Positions 8,091 to 16,089 are shown, numbered from the stretch's first letter. The stretch: 20,163 bases of DNA from a virus (IMGVR_UViG_2718218396_000005), one strand, 5' to 3'. The notes: generated from the sequence alone by a model not told the origin. Made by a program: numbers and translations.

Positions 8091-8622
8091 TATTGTGGGG
8101 CGACTGGCCACTCAACATCCGCTGCTACTGTTGTATCAACACGATTCAACAATACCCGATATGTCTTCCATGCAGCCAGTAACGATGCCTCTTCCTCCGT
8201 CGCAATATCCAAATCTACGGCATCCTGAAGTGGCGCAATATGCTCACTGGCTACCTGCATCAGGCTGTTTTTTGTTTCTTCTGCCTCCCGTACCCGAAAC
8301 AGTTTTTCTGCTTCTGCATCTTTCGCCCAGGATGTGCCGTTCCACTTCTGACACTCTCCATCCGGCGACAACCAGGTAACATTTTCCGGTAACGGACCGA
8401 GTTCAGAAATAAATAACGCGTCGCCGGAAGCCACGTCATAAACCGTTTTACCCCGATGATCTTCAACGAGATGCCACGATGCCTCATTACTGTTGAAAAC
8501 AGCCACGAAGCCAGCCGGAATATCTGGCGGTGCAATATCGGTACTGTTTGCTGGCAGACCTGTATGAGGCGGAATGTATGCGTCACCTTCACCAATAAAT
8601 TCATTAGTTCCGGCCAGCAGAT
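8090..8622 (-). pseudogene. tfa: Tail fibre assembly protein (Tfa / P2 gpG family), 5' end removed by the IS629 copy at 8623
   Basis: Track ORF 8090..8506 ([57 protein letters not shown]...). The same frame stays open upstream to the IS boundary, reading [39 protein letters not shown] before the GTG. This matches my memory of E. coli Tfa proteins, which have about 15 more residues at the N-terminus. Confidence 0.7.
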
Positions 8623-9679
8623 TGAACCGCCCCGGGAATCCTGGAGACTAAACTCCCTGAGAAAGAGGTAAACAGGATGACTAAAAATACACGTTTTTCC
8701 CCCGAGGTCCGTCAACGGGCAGTCCGTATGGTTCTGGAAAGTCAGGGCGAATATGACTCACAATGGGCGGCAATTCGTTCCATTGCCCCAAAGATTGGCT
8801 GTACACCAGAGACTCTGCGTGTGTGGGTTCGTCAGCATGAGCGGGATACCGGGGGCGGTGATGGTGGACTCACCACCGCTGAACGTCAGCGTCTGAAAGA
8901 GCTGGAACGTGAAAATCGTGAACTGCGCCGCAGTAACGATATCCTTCGCCAGGCTTCCGCTTATTTTGCGAAGGCGGAGTTCGACCGCCTCTGGAAAAAA
9001 TAATGCCGCTGCTGGATAAGCTGCGTGAGCAGTACGGGGTCGGACCGGTATGCAGTGAACTGCATATTGCCCCGTCAACGTATTACCACTGTCAGCAACA
9101 GCGACATCATCCGGATAAACGCAGTGCCCGTGCGCAGCGCGATGACTGGCTGAAGAGAGAGATACAGCGCGTATACGATGAAAATCATCAGGTGTACGGT
9201 GTGCGTAAAGTCTGGCGCCAGTTGTTACGCGAAGGTATCAGGGTGGCCAGATGTACAGTGGCGCGCCTCATGGCGGTTATGGGACTTGCCGGTGTTCTCC
9301 GGGGTAAAAAGGTCCGTACTACCGTCAGCCGGAAAGCCGTTTCCGCAGGCGACCGCGTAAACCGTCAGTTCGTGGCAGAACGTCCTGACCAGCTGTGGGT
9401 GGCTGATTTTACTTACGTCAGCACATGGCAGGGCTTCGTCTATGTGGCGTTCATCATTGATGTGTTTTCCGGATGTATCGTGGGGTGGCGAGTCTCATCG
9501 TCTATGGAAACGACATTCGTGCTGGATGCACTGGAGCAGGCGTTGTGGGCCCGTCGGCCGTCCGGCACAGTCCATCACAGTGATAAAGGTTCTCAGTATG
9601 TATCACTGGCCTATACGGAGCGACTAAAAGAAGCAAAACTGCTGGCATCAACAGGGAGTACAGGTGACTCGTATGACAA
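8623..9679 (+). mobile_element. IS629-like element, second copy, truncated at the 3' end (first 1057 of 1310 bp); no right inverted repeat and no target duplication
   Basis: Colinear with copy 1 from the left end TGAACCGCCCCGG (8623) through position 9679, with one mismatch seen in the translation (copy 1 T353 vs copy 2 C8776; OrfA Cys vs Arg). From 9680 the sequence is unrelated and AT-rich. Confidence 0.8.
8677..9003 (+). CDS. IS629-like transposase OrfA (copy 2)
   Basis: 108-aa ORF identical to copy 1 OrfA except C->R at residue 34. Confidence 0.8.
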   Translation: MTKNTRFSPEVRQRAVRMVLESQGEYDSQWAAIRSIAPKIGCTPETLRVWVRQHERDTGGGDGGLTTAERQRLKELERENRELRRSNDILRQASAYFAKAEFDRLWKK

Positions 9680-9692
9680 TGTATTTTATTAG
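9003..9692 (+). pseudogene. IS629-like transposase OrfB, truncated (about 225 of 295 codons); the ORF reads through the deletion junction
   Basis: Identical to copy 1 OrfB through ..STGDSYDN, then 3 junction-derived codons (VFY) and a stop. It lacks the C-terminal part including the E of the DDE region, so this copy cannot supply its own catalytic subunit. Confidence 0.8.
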
Positions 9693-9711
9693 TTCACATA
9701 CAATTATCAGA

Positions 9712-10026
9712 TTATTCTGGGAATAAGGTCTGAATATTCTTTTTTATTTTATAAAAATTGCATTCAACTCCGCTAGGCTGATTAGCCTGGTATGTTTCCT
9801 TGATGCTAACGGTATTGAAGGGGAGGTTGTCCTCTGGCCATTCGGCCATCCAGTAGGCAAATGCTGGGTTGCGCTTTATGAGTGCTAGCCCAGCCAGAAA
9901 GGCCGCGCGTTGCGCGCGGCTGCGTTCGGAGGCTGGCAGGCTATCGAGGTAATTGCACGCCTCCTGTTCACTCTTGACGGCGGCGGGCTTCAGATAGAAA
10001 CTTATCCGTCTGGTTGGTGTCGTCAT
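9712..10026 (-). CDS. parR: ParR-like ribbon-helix-helix centromere-binding protein (type II partition adaptor)
   Basis: 104-aa ORF just downstream of parM. N-terminal region ISFYLKPAAVKSEQEACNYLDSLPASERSRAQRAAFLAGLAL parallels R1 ParR as I recall it (IAFKLNPDV.....DTLDSIPQGERSRLNRAALTAGLAL). It ends soon after a ..LFPE motif, so it is shorter than R1 ParR. Confidence 0.7.
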   Translation of the reverse strand: MTTPTRRISFYLKPAAVKSEQEACNYLDSLPASERSRAQRAAFLAGLALIKRNPAFAYWMAEWPEDNLPFNTVSIKETYQANQPSGVECNFYKIKKNIQTLFPE

Positions 10027-10030
10027 TGGT

Positions 10031-10990
10031 TTACTCCTTGTTCATTGCGTACAACCCATTAACCAGAGCAAACTGTGGCACCCCGTCCGCGATGAAAGTC
10101 GCATTAACTCCGCAGGCTTCGCGGATAGCGGTTGCCACAATCTCCGCCCCGCCACCGACAACCATCACCCGCCCGTAACCCGAAAAAACCGCCAGCGCGC
10201 GGATCACGCGTTGTTTCAGTGTTTCTTCCTTTTCACGAATAACCGCCATCAGGCTGGCGTAATGCGCGTCATTGTGGATGTGCTGGCGCAGCCAGGCTTC
10301 ATCATGGCGATGTTCGATAATGGTATTGGCGATGTGGTGACTGGTGCGCATACCGTTAGTGGCCATCACCGACAGTACGGCATCGGCCATCAGAGAAACG
10401 CCTACGTGTGGATCGCAAAACACCTGGCTGATACCTGCCAGTTGCCCCTGAACCTTTGCCACATCCAGCGTGGTTCCGCCCAAATCCACAATCAGCAGGG
10501 ATTCAAACGGACTCATGTCAGCCAGTGCCTTAAAGCCAGCAGGAATGGATTCAGGCATAACCCGTACGTTACGGATAGTGAATGCTTCGCCGTTCTGGTA
10601 CTCCACCGGGCGCATGACGTTCGCTTTTTTGCGGTTGATGTTGGCCATGTCCGGCTGTGCGTTTGTATCGAAATACTCGCTCAGTGGCAGGGTGACAACC
10701 ACATCCACTTCCTGTGGTGTGATGCCTGATTTGACCAGCGCGTGATGAATGGCAATTACATTCACATCGCTGTACTGGTATTGCGTGTCGGTCGTCTGGA
10801 CAAAGCGATCGCTGACCGGATCAAAACCATAGCGCACGCCATCAAGCATGTAGTTCGCGGGCTGCGTGCCACCGAATGGCGCAGACCATTCCGACTTGAA
10901 GCTGTTCGGGCTGATGGCGTTGCGGCGTTCGCCGTTCTCAGTCCATGCCAGCTTGATGTTGGTGGAGCCGTCGTCGATACAAATTTTCAT
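10031..10990 (-). CDS. parM: ParM/StbA-like actin-fold ATPase (type II plasmid partition motor)
   Basis: 319-aa ORF. Blocks IDDGSTNIKL, ISPNSFK, YSDVNV..HHAL, MPESIPAG, DLGGTTLD, GVSL, GGGAE and LVNGLY line up along the whole length with R1 ParM as I recall it. Confidence 0.8.
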   Translation of the reverse strand: MKICIDDGSTNIKLAWTENGERRNAISPNSFKSEWSAPFGGTQPANYMLDGVRYGFDPVSDRFVQTTDTQYQYSDVNVIAIHHALVKSGITPQEVDVVVTLPLSEYFDTNAQPDMANINRKKANVMRPVEYQNGEAFTIRNVRVMPESIPAGFKALADMSPFESLLIVDLGGTTLDVAKVQGQLAGISQVFCDPHVGVSLMADAVLSVMATNGMRTSHHIANTIIEHRHDEAWLRQHIHNDAHYASLMAVIREKEETLKQRVIRALAVFSGYGRVMVVGGGAEIVATAIREACGVNATFIADGVPQFALVNGLYAMNKE

Positions 10991-11132
10991 GTCGCTTTTC
11001 CTTATGTTGATTAATTAATCGGTTACAGGATTTTTAAATCCCGCTTTTGCCTGTTTTGTGCGCGCTTCATATATCGCGGCGCGTTTTTTGCTCATTTACG
11101 GGATTTGTGAGTCCCGTTTCTGTCTGTTTTTT
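10991..11132 (-). promoter_or_regulatory. Candidate parC-like centromere/promoter region upstream of parM, with two imperfect direct repeats of about 34 bp
   Basis: ACAGGATTTTTAAATCCCGCTTTTGCCTGTTTTGTG (11027-11060) and ACGGGATTTGTGAGTCCCGTTTCTGTCTGTTTTTTG (11099-11132) are about 80% identical, and each holds a short internal inverted repeat. The second copy lies inside the 3' end of gene A. Confidence 0.3.
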
Positions 11133-13889
11133 GTTTCCACTGGTCAGGCCACCCCGCAGCAGGTCTGCTTTGCGGCTGGCGCGTTCAGTGGTTTCACTGA
11201 TTCTCTGTGCGTGCTCTGCGTCGCGGATGGCGCGCAGCATGTCAGAAAGCACGGTAACGGGTGTTTTCATGGTGTTCTGGTCCTGCTGAAGTGTGGATGC
11301 CAGGCGTGCGGCGGCTTCAGGGTCTGATGCCCCCAGCTGTGCCAGATAGCTGGCGACCGGGTTATGGCGGATCTCCGTGCTGCTTACGCCATGATTACGG
11401 CTCAGGCGCTGCCAGAGCTGCGTGATTCGGCTGTCCGGGCGGGTATCCGGTTTGCGTACAATTTCAAATCCCTGCGGTGCAATGATGCTGCCGTCAACGT
11501 ACAGACTGCCGCCCCGTAACAGGTGCTGCATCTGTTGTTCACCGATATGCAGGCCGAGAGATTCAGCAGACTCCCGCCATTCTTTAGCGAGTAATTCGTG
11601 GTTATCAGGCAAAGGCCGCTGCTGTTTGCGGCTCTGTGTCCAGCTCTGCATTTCATCACTGCTGTTTTTTGCCTGTTTGTCACGAAGCGAACGCATCAGC
11701 GCCCGGCGTTCGTGCCGTTTCAGTGAGCGCATCCATTCGTTCACGTCAACGCCGTCAGGAAGCTGCGGCCACGGTGCTGGCCGTTCTTCCGGCTGTTCTG
11801 TCCCGTTGTTGTCCGTTTCCTGTACACGGGGACAGTTATTGCCACGAGTCCAAGGGGCGGCAGGGCCGCCCTGAAGGTCAAAACCATTTTCGCGGGCGCT
11901 GTCTTCTACTCCCGGTTTACGTCTTACCAGCTTCCAGTTATCCGGGTGCGTGCACACACGGGAGGATTCCCCGATGAGTGGTGACCAGATCCCGTAAATC
12001 TGTACGCTCTGTTCGCCGTAATCGTTCAGCTCATCTGCGAGGTCGTAGGCGGTGCGAATCAGGTAGTCCTTGCGTGGAACAAGTACGCCTCCCTGTTTCT
12101 CAATGTAGGTGGTAAAACATCCGGCATCAGCGGCAGCAAGAACCGCATCCATTGCGTCATCCTTCAGCCGTTGCGGGCCTTCCGGGTTGCGTGCCATCTG
12201 GCTGGCAAGGCGACGCAGTTCACGCCACACCTGACGGGAGGGGATGCCAAAGAACTGGAACTGGCGGACCCGGTGAAGGCGCGCCCAGCCAATGGCGCGT
12301 TCCACGCTCTCGGTCATTGATTTTCCGGTTTCGTGGTCAACGCGTGGTTTGCCTGTTTTCGGGTCGATGCCATCCACGGCGCGGCTGTCCAGGTTTTTTC
12401 CGATGTAGGTGGCGATGTAGCTGGTTGGCGTGCCTTTTGAGCCGTCGACATACTCCGCCTTAAAGCGCGGAGTAATATCATCGCCCAGCTCGTGACGATC
12501 TTCCTGAATGGCAATATCGCGGGTGTGGGACACAATGGTGTCGATTTCTTCCGGATGAGCAAAGACCATCATATGCCAGTGCACGGTGCCGTCATGGTGA
12601 GGCTCCACCGTGCGGATGCCATACCAGCGCAGGCCGTCGCGGTTCAGTTTCTTGCGGACCGCCGCAAAAAACGTGTTAACCAGGTAATCGCTGGAGTCGC
12701 GCATGGTGGCCCCGTTCCATTTGGGATTCGGATGACCGTTCTCTGTTGTAGCGTGGTATTTTGACGGGCAGGTGACAGTCAGAAACACCGCTTTGTCGCC
12801 ACGGGCTTCGGCCAGAAGTTCCAGCCCCTTCATGGTGGCCATCATTTCTGCCTTACGGTGAACCGGGTTACTTACTCCCGCGTAATACACTGTCTCGAGA
12901 TCAATCGTGAACCCGTCTTCGTTTTCCAGCATGAAACTTTTCAGGAAATCGCGTGTTTTCTCGCGCTGTGCGCGAAACTCGCTTAACGCGTCCTGGCTCA
13001 GATAGGGCGATGTTTTTCTGGAAACCAGACAGGCGGCGCGGAGTTGTTCTTCTCTCCACTCGCAACGTAACAGCCACAGTTTGCGTTTCCACCATTCCGC
13101 ACAGGTCAGGCGAAGGATTGCGCCCGGCAGCAGCTCCGTGTCCGGTTCGTTCCTCCGGTCTTTGTCTGTTGTCAGTGCGTCATAATGTGGAGGCATGGCG
13201 TGCAGGTGTAACGCCATGCGGGCCAGCATCTGATACGCCTTCAGCGTTACATCCATGGTCAGTTCGCCATCGGTCGCGCCAAAGCCATCGCAGAGTTTTT
13301 CGAAGGTGCTGCTGAACATCGCCGCCGTCATGGTGGCCAGCGTCTGTATCTGGTGTTTGTTGAGCTGCGGCAGGTAAAGCAAATCGTCCAGGCGTTCGCG
13401 TCCGGCAAGGGAGCGATAACCCTGTGTCAGCCAGCGGTGATCGGTGCGCTCCAGACGTTCGAATATTTTGCGCAGGTTTCCGCGCGCGTAGCGTTCAGCC
13501 TGCCAGCTCTTTTTGCCTTTCTGACGATCGGCTTCCTGTTTTTTGCGCAGGAAGGAGAGGTGGCGAATAAGCGGATCGCGCAGATAGGACGGCAGCAGGC
13601 GCAGCGAGGCCATGGCTTCATCCACCGCACCGCGTGCCTGTTTTCTGGCGTCTCCTGCCAGTGTGATGGTTTTGTCCTGTTTTTCCTGTGCGTCCAGGCT
13701 TTTATTAATCAGGTTGCCCAGCGGCGTTGCGGAGAACGCCGCATCAGCCATTTCCTGGCGGCGCTCGTTCTCTACCCGGTAGGCATCCAGCCAGGAGGAA
13801 AGCGCGGATTCAGGAGCGGGGATCCCCGTTCCTTCACGCCCCACTGCGTGGCGCGGTTGTTGCCAGTCCCTGATGTACTCTGCCGTCAT
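11067..13889 (-). CDS. A: Replication initiation endonuclease (P2 gpA / phiX174 A superfamily rolling-circle initiator)
   Basis: 940-aa ORF with an HUH-type motif (GTVHWHMMVFAH) and a paired-tyrosine motif (SYIATYIGKN) resembling the phiX174 A active site YVAKYVNK. It sits at the end of the early operon as in P2. Confidence 0.8.
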   Translation of the reverse strand: MTAEYIRDWQQPRHAVGREGTGIPAPESALSSWLDAYRVENERRQEMADAAFSATPLGNLINKSLDAQEKQDKTITLAGDARKQARGAVDEAMASLRLLPSYLRDPLIRHLSFLRKKQEADRQKGKKSWQAERYARGNLRKIFERLERTDHRWLTQGYRSLAGRERLDDLLYLPQLNKHQIQTLATMTAAMFSSTFEKLCDGFGATDGELTMDVTLKAYQMLARMALHLHAMPPHYDALTTDKDRRNEPDTELLPGAILRLTCAEWWKRKLWLLRCEWREEQLRAACLVSRKTSPYLSQDALSEFRAQREKTRDFLKSFMLENEDGFTIDLETVYYAGVSNPVHRKAEMMATMKGLELLAEARGDKAVFLTVTCPSKYHATTENGHPNPKWNGATMRDSSDYLVNTFFAAVRKKLNRDGLRWYGIRTVEPHHDGTVHWHMMVFAHPEEIDTIVSHTRDIAIQEDRHELGDDITPRFKAEYVDGSKGTPTSYIATYIGKNLDSRAVDGIDPKTGKPRVDHETGKSMTESVERAIGWARLHRVRQFQFFGIPSRQVWRELRRLASQMARNPEGPQRLKDDAMDAVLAAADAGCFTTYIEKQGGVLVPRKDYLIRTAYDLADELNDYGEQSVQIYGIWSPLIGESSRVCTHPDNWKLVRRKPGVEDSARENGFDLQGGPAAPWTRGNNCPRVQETDNNGTEQPEERPAPWPQLPDGVDVNEWMRSLKRHERRALMRSLRDKQAKNSSDEMQSWTQSRKQQRPLPDNHELLAKEWRESAESLGLHIGEQQMQHLLRGGSLYVDGSIIAPQGFEIVRKPDTRPDSRITQLWQRLSRNHGVSSTEIRHNPVASYLAQLGASDPEAAARLASTLQQDQNTMKTPVTVLSDMLRAIRDAEHAQRISETTERASRKADLLRGGLTSGNKKQTETGLTNPVNEQKTRRDI

Positions 13890-13895
13890 AGTGAT

Positions 13896-14261
13896 TTACT
13901 TCGTCATGCCATTCAGGGTGTCGCGGCAGGCTGTAGCCAGCCGCTGAATTTCCAGCACGGTGTCTTCTGTGTCGGCATGGCGATGTGTGATGCGGATGCT
14001 GTCGGCAATCACATCGACGATTGCAGAGGATGGGCGCTGGTAAATGCCAATAACGGACGGGGTGCCACCTTCAATGCGGTAAAGCCTGTAATTTCCCTCG
14101 TGGCTGTCAATCATGTAGCGACCATCAATAACAATCTTTCCGTCAGCGAGCTGCGGTACAGGCAGGGATTTCAGGTACATGTCATAACGATCACGCACGC
14201 GAGCGGCAAGATCACGTTCTGTGTTGAGCAGGTATTCAAGAAAGTCGTTGGCGAGAATCAT
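13896..14261 (-). CDS. Hypothetical early-operon protein (121 aa) immediately upstream of A
   Basis: ORF in the track whose stop is 6 nt before the A start. No family recognised. Confidence 0.55.
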   Translation of the reverse strand: MILANDFLEYLLNTERDLAARVRDRYDMYLKSLPVPQLADGKIVIDGRYMIDSHEGNYRLYRIEGGTPSVIGIYQRPSSAIVDVIADSIRITHRHADTEDTVLEIQRLATACRDTLNGMTK

Positions 14262-14333
14262 TGCGGCAATCCTCTTGTTACAGATGTGCGAAGGCCTCCC
14301 GCCGCAAGGTGCAGGAAAGGCCCGGAACAGGAA

Positions 14334-14564
14334 TTAATGGAGTTTGTTTTGCTGCTGGATGAGCTGTTGAAACTCGTGCAGATCATCCGCCAGATAGCTG
14401 AAAACAGAGGCGGAATAAATGTTTGATAGTGCGTGGCTGCGCTCATGCAGCATATTGATGTGCATGATTTGCGCGACGCGTGATGCGCGGGAAAGTCTGC
14501 GGTTGATTTCAGTCTGGATGTGACGACGCTCCGCGATAGCGCGGTGCTGTTTGCGGTCTGCCAT
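14334..14564 (-). CDS. Hypothetical small basic protein (76 aa)
   Basis: ORF in the track with an AAGAGG-type RBS (reverse complement of about 14572-14577) 7 nt upstream of the ATG. Basic and helical in character. Confidence 0.5.
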   Translation of the reverse strand: MADRKQHRAIAERRHIQTEINRRLSRASRVAQIMHINMLHERSHALSNIYSASVFSYLADDLHEFQQLIQQQNKLH

Positions 14565-14744
14565 GGTGTGGCCTCTTTGCTCGGTGATAGAAATAACTCA
14601 CCATCCAGAGTTGAGAATCTCGGGGTGGCGAGACGTACAGGGTTCTCAACACCGGAGAGCAAAGAATCCGGCCCGACCGAAGTCGGCCCCGTACGCCCCG
14701 CCATAATTCTGACGCGAAAAAGACGTGGCAATACAGTACGCACA

Positions 14745-14765
14745 AAAAAACCGCTAGCGCGGTTA
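14745..14765 (-). terminator. Rho-independent terminator inside the early operon (minus strand)
   Basis: On the minus strand, stem AACCGC / GCGGTT with loop GCTA followed by a run of T (plus strand A run at 14745-14751). It lies about 120 nt downstream of the 99-aa gene stop. Confidence 0.45.
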
Positions 14766-14886
14766 TGCGCTTTGCTCTGTATCGGGTTGAGAATCCCGGC
14801 ACCCGTTTTATGAGGTGCAGCGGAAATGTAACCTGACCGATTGCGGCATGGCAAGCGGTTTTTTTGTGTGTGCATGTTCTGGTTTC

Positions 14887-15186
14887 TTACTGGTTCAGAA
14901 AAAAATCAAAAACGTTATCGATGCGTTGCAGCAGCTCTTGCTGCATTGCTTCCGGCGTTTCCGGTTCGCCAGGTGCCCCCAGCGTTGCGCAGAAATCAGC
15001 GATTTCATGATGGAGCGTGAGGCGAATGGCAGGAGCCGTGGTTCTGGCGTGCTCCAGCTGATCCAGCAGTGCCAGCACAGCAGACGGCGAGAGCATTGCG
15101 CGAAATGCCAGTAATTTTTGAGGCGTTGCCATTCGTTGCAGGGCAAATGCCAGTTCGCGTAGCTTCTGGTGGTTGATGGTGCTCAT
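14887..15186 (-). CDS. Hypothetical early-operon protein (99 aa)
   Basis: ORF in the track; its start overlaps the stop of the upstream 88-aa gene (ATGA-type overlap at 15183-15186). Confidence 0.6.
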   Translation of the reverse strand: MSTINHQKLRELAFALQRMATPQKLLAFRAMLSPSAVLALLDQLEHARTTAPAIRLTLHHEIADFCATLGAPGEPETPEAMQQELLQRIDNVFDFFLNQ

Positions 15187-15449
15187 GCTCTGGCTTCCTT
15201 CAGTAGCTGGTTAAACATGTGAGTAAGTGGATTGCTACACCCGAACGGCATCGGGTTTACGTGGTAAGAAGCCTGGCCTCCTGTTTTGCGAGCGCGACCA
15301 CCTGTGCTGCGGTTTGTTCTGATGACTAAGCCGCCGCGCCAAAGTCGGCGTAACTCAGCATTAATGGCTGTGGTTGGGGTATTCAGTGCTGCGGCGATCT
15401 CTCCGCCGCTACACCCCGGATGAGTAGCGATGTAGTCCAGAATGGTCAT
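15183..15449 (-). CDS. Small winged-helix DNA-binding protein (88 aa)
   Basis: ORF in the track with a helix-turn-helix-like segment GCSGGEIAAALNTPTTAINAELRRLWRGGLV. Translationally coupled to its neighbours. Confidence 0.6.
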   Translation of the reverse strand: MTILDYIATHPGCSGGEIAAALNTPTTAINAELRRLWRGGLVIRTNRSTGGRARKTGGQASYHVNPMPFGCSNPLTHMFNQLLKEARA

Positions 15450-15649
15450 CTGCGTGGCTCCTGTACCTGTCGGATAAGATTTACTCGCGCCACGTTGGTG
15501 GCGCAGAAGTAAGTGCCGTCAGTGAGGTAGATGTGGTGTGCATCCTTTTCCGAACGATGTTTGTCGATAGTGGTAATCAGGCGTTCGTCGACCTCGTATT
15601 CGCGCCCTCTGGAGGTAAAGCGAACGACGGGAAAATGCTTAATTGCCAT
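15446..15649 (-). CDS. Hypothetical early-operon protein (67 aa)
   Basis: ORF in the track; its stop overlaps the next gene's start. Confidence 0.5.
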   Translation of the reverse strand: MAIKHFPVVRFTSRGREYEVDERLITTIDKHRSEKDAHHIYLTDGTYFCATNVARVNLIRQVQEPRR

Positions 15650-15672
15650 TGCGCCCCCTTTGTCCAGTAACC

Positions 15673-16089
15673 CTATGCGTTAAATACGGCACGTTGCGCG
15701 TCATCAATGAATACAGCTTGAGAGCGTTCTATCAGGCGGAGATTTGTCAGAAGCTCTGACTCTTTTGTGTGGTAAGGCGTTATCAGGTATTTGCCGTGCA
15801 GTTCGGCAATAATGGTGTATTGCAGCATCATTGCTGAACCAAGAATATAAATGCAGCGTCCAATGCTGGACGGATTCATGGCTGCAACTGTTGACTGTGT
15901 TTTAAGAGTGTCGATTTCTTTGCTCTGTTCCTCAATAACTTTGGCTGCTTCAGGGGTGGCTATTGCGATGGTCAGTGCGTAAAGCGCTGCCATATGTTGA
16001 TTATCTTTCTGGGCTGCCCTGGACAGTTTGTCTTGCTCTGCTGACACTATTTTTAATGTATTGATAATATTTTTTTCTTTTGCGTTCAT
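15673..16089 (-). CDS. Hypothetical protein (138 aa), AT-rich gene
   Basis: ORF in the track with a GGAG RBS (reverse complement of about 16097-16100). Lower GC than neighbours. Confidence 0.6.
   Translation of the reverse strand: MNAKEKNIINTLKIVSAEQDKLSRAAQKDNQHMAALYALTIAIATPEAAKVIEEQSKEIDTLKTQSTVAAMNPSSIGRCIYILGSAMMLQYTIIAELHGKYLITPYHTKESELLTNLRLIERSQAVFIDDAQRAVFNA

Noticed and set aside
8260-8715. 151-aa minus-strand ORF crossing the IS629 left end
   Set aside because: It spans the IS boundary and overlaps the tfa frame; it has no biological continuity across the insertion junction.
10211-10745. Plus-strand ORFs (172 and 91 aa) inside parM
   Set aside because: Antisense to the full-length ParM homologue, which has clear family motifs; no independent support.
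9712-10990. Reading parM/parR as a toxin-antitoxin pair
   Set aside because: The large protein carries actin-fold ATPase motifs along its full length and the small one resembles the ParR RHH adaptor; the gene order motor-then-adaptor matches type II partition loci, not TA modules.
11027-11132. The two hairpin-plus-T-run repeats as plus-strand transcription terminators
   Set aside because: There is no plus-strand gene upstream to terminate, and the second copy is inside the A coding region. Operator or centromere-like repeats for the parMR promoter seem more plausible, but this is unresolved.
13353-14426. 357-aa plus-strand ORF antisense to gene A and the 121-aa gene
   Set aside because: Antisense to a strongly supported replication gene, with no RBS and junk-like composition.
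14258-14875. 205-aa minus-strand ORF spanning the structured intergenic region
   Set aside because: It overlaps the better-supported 76-aa gene in another frame and runs through hairpins and terminators. Its composition (Arg/Ser/Pro-rich) looks non-coding.
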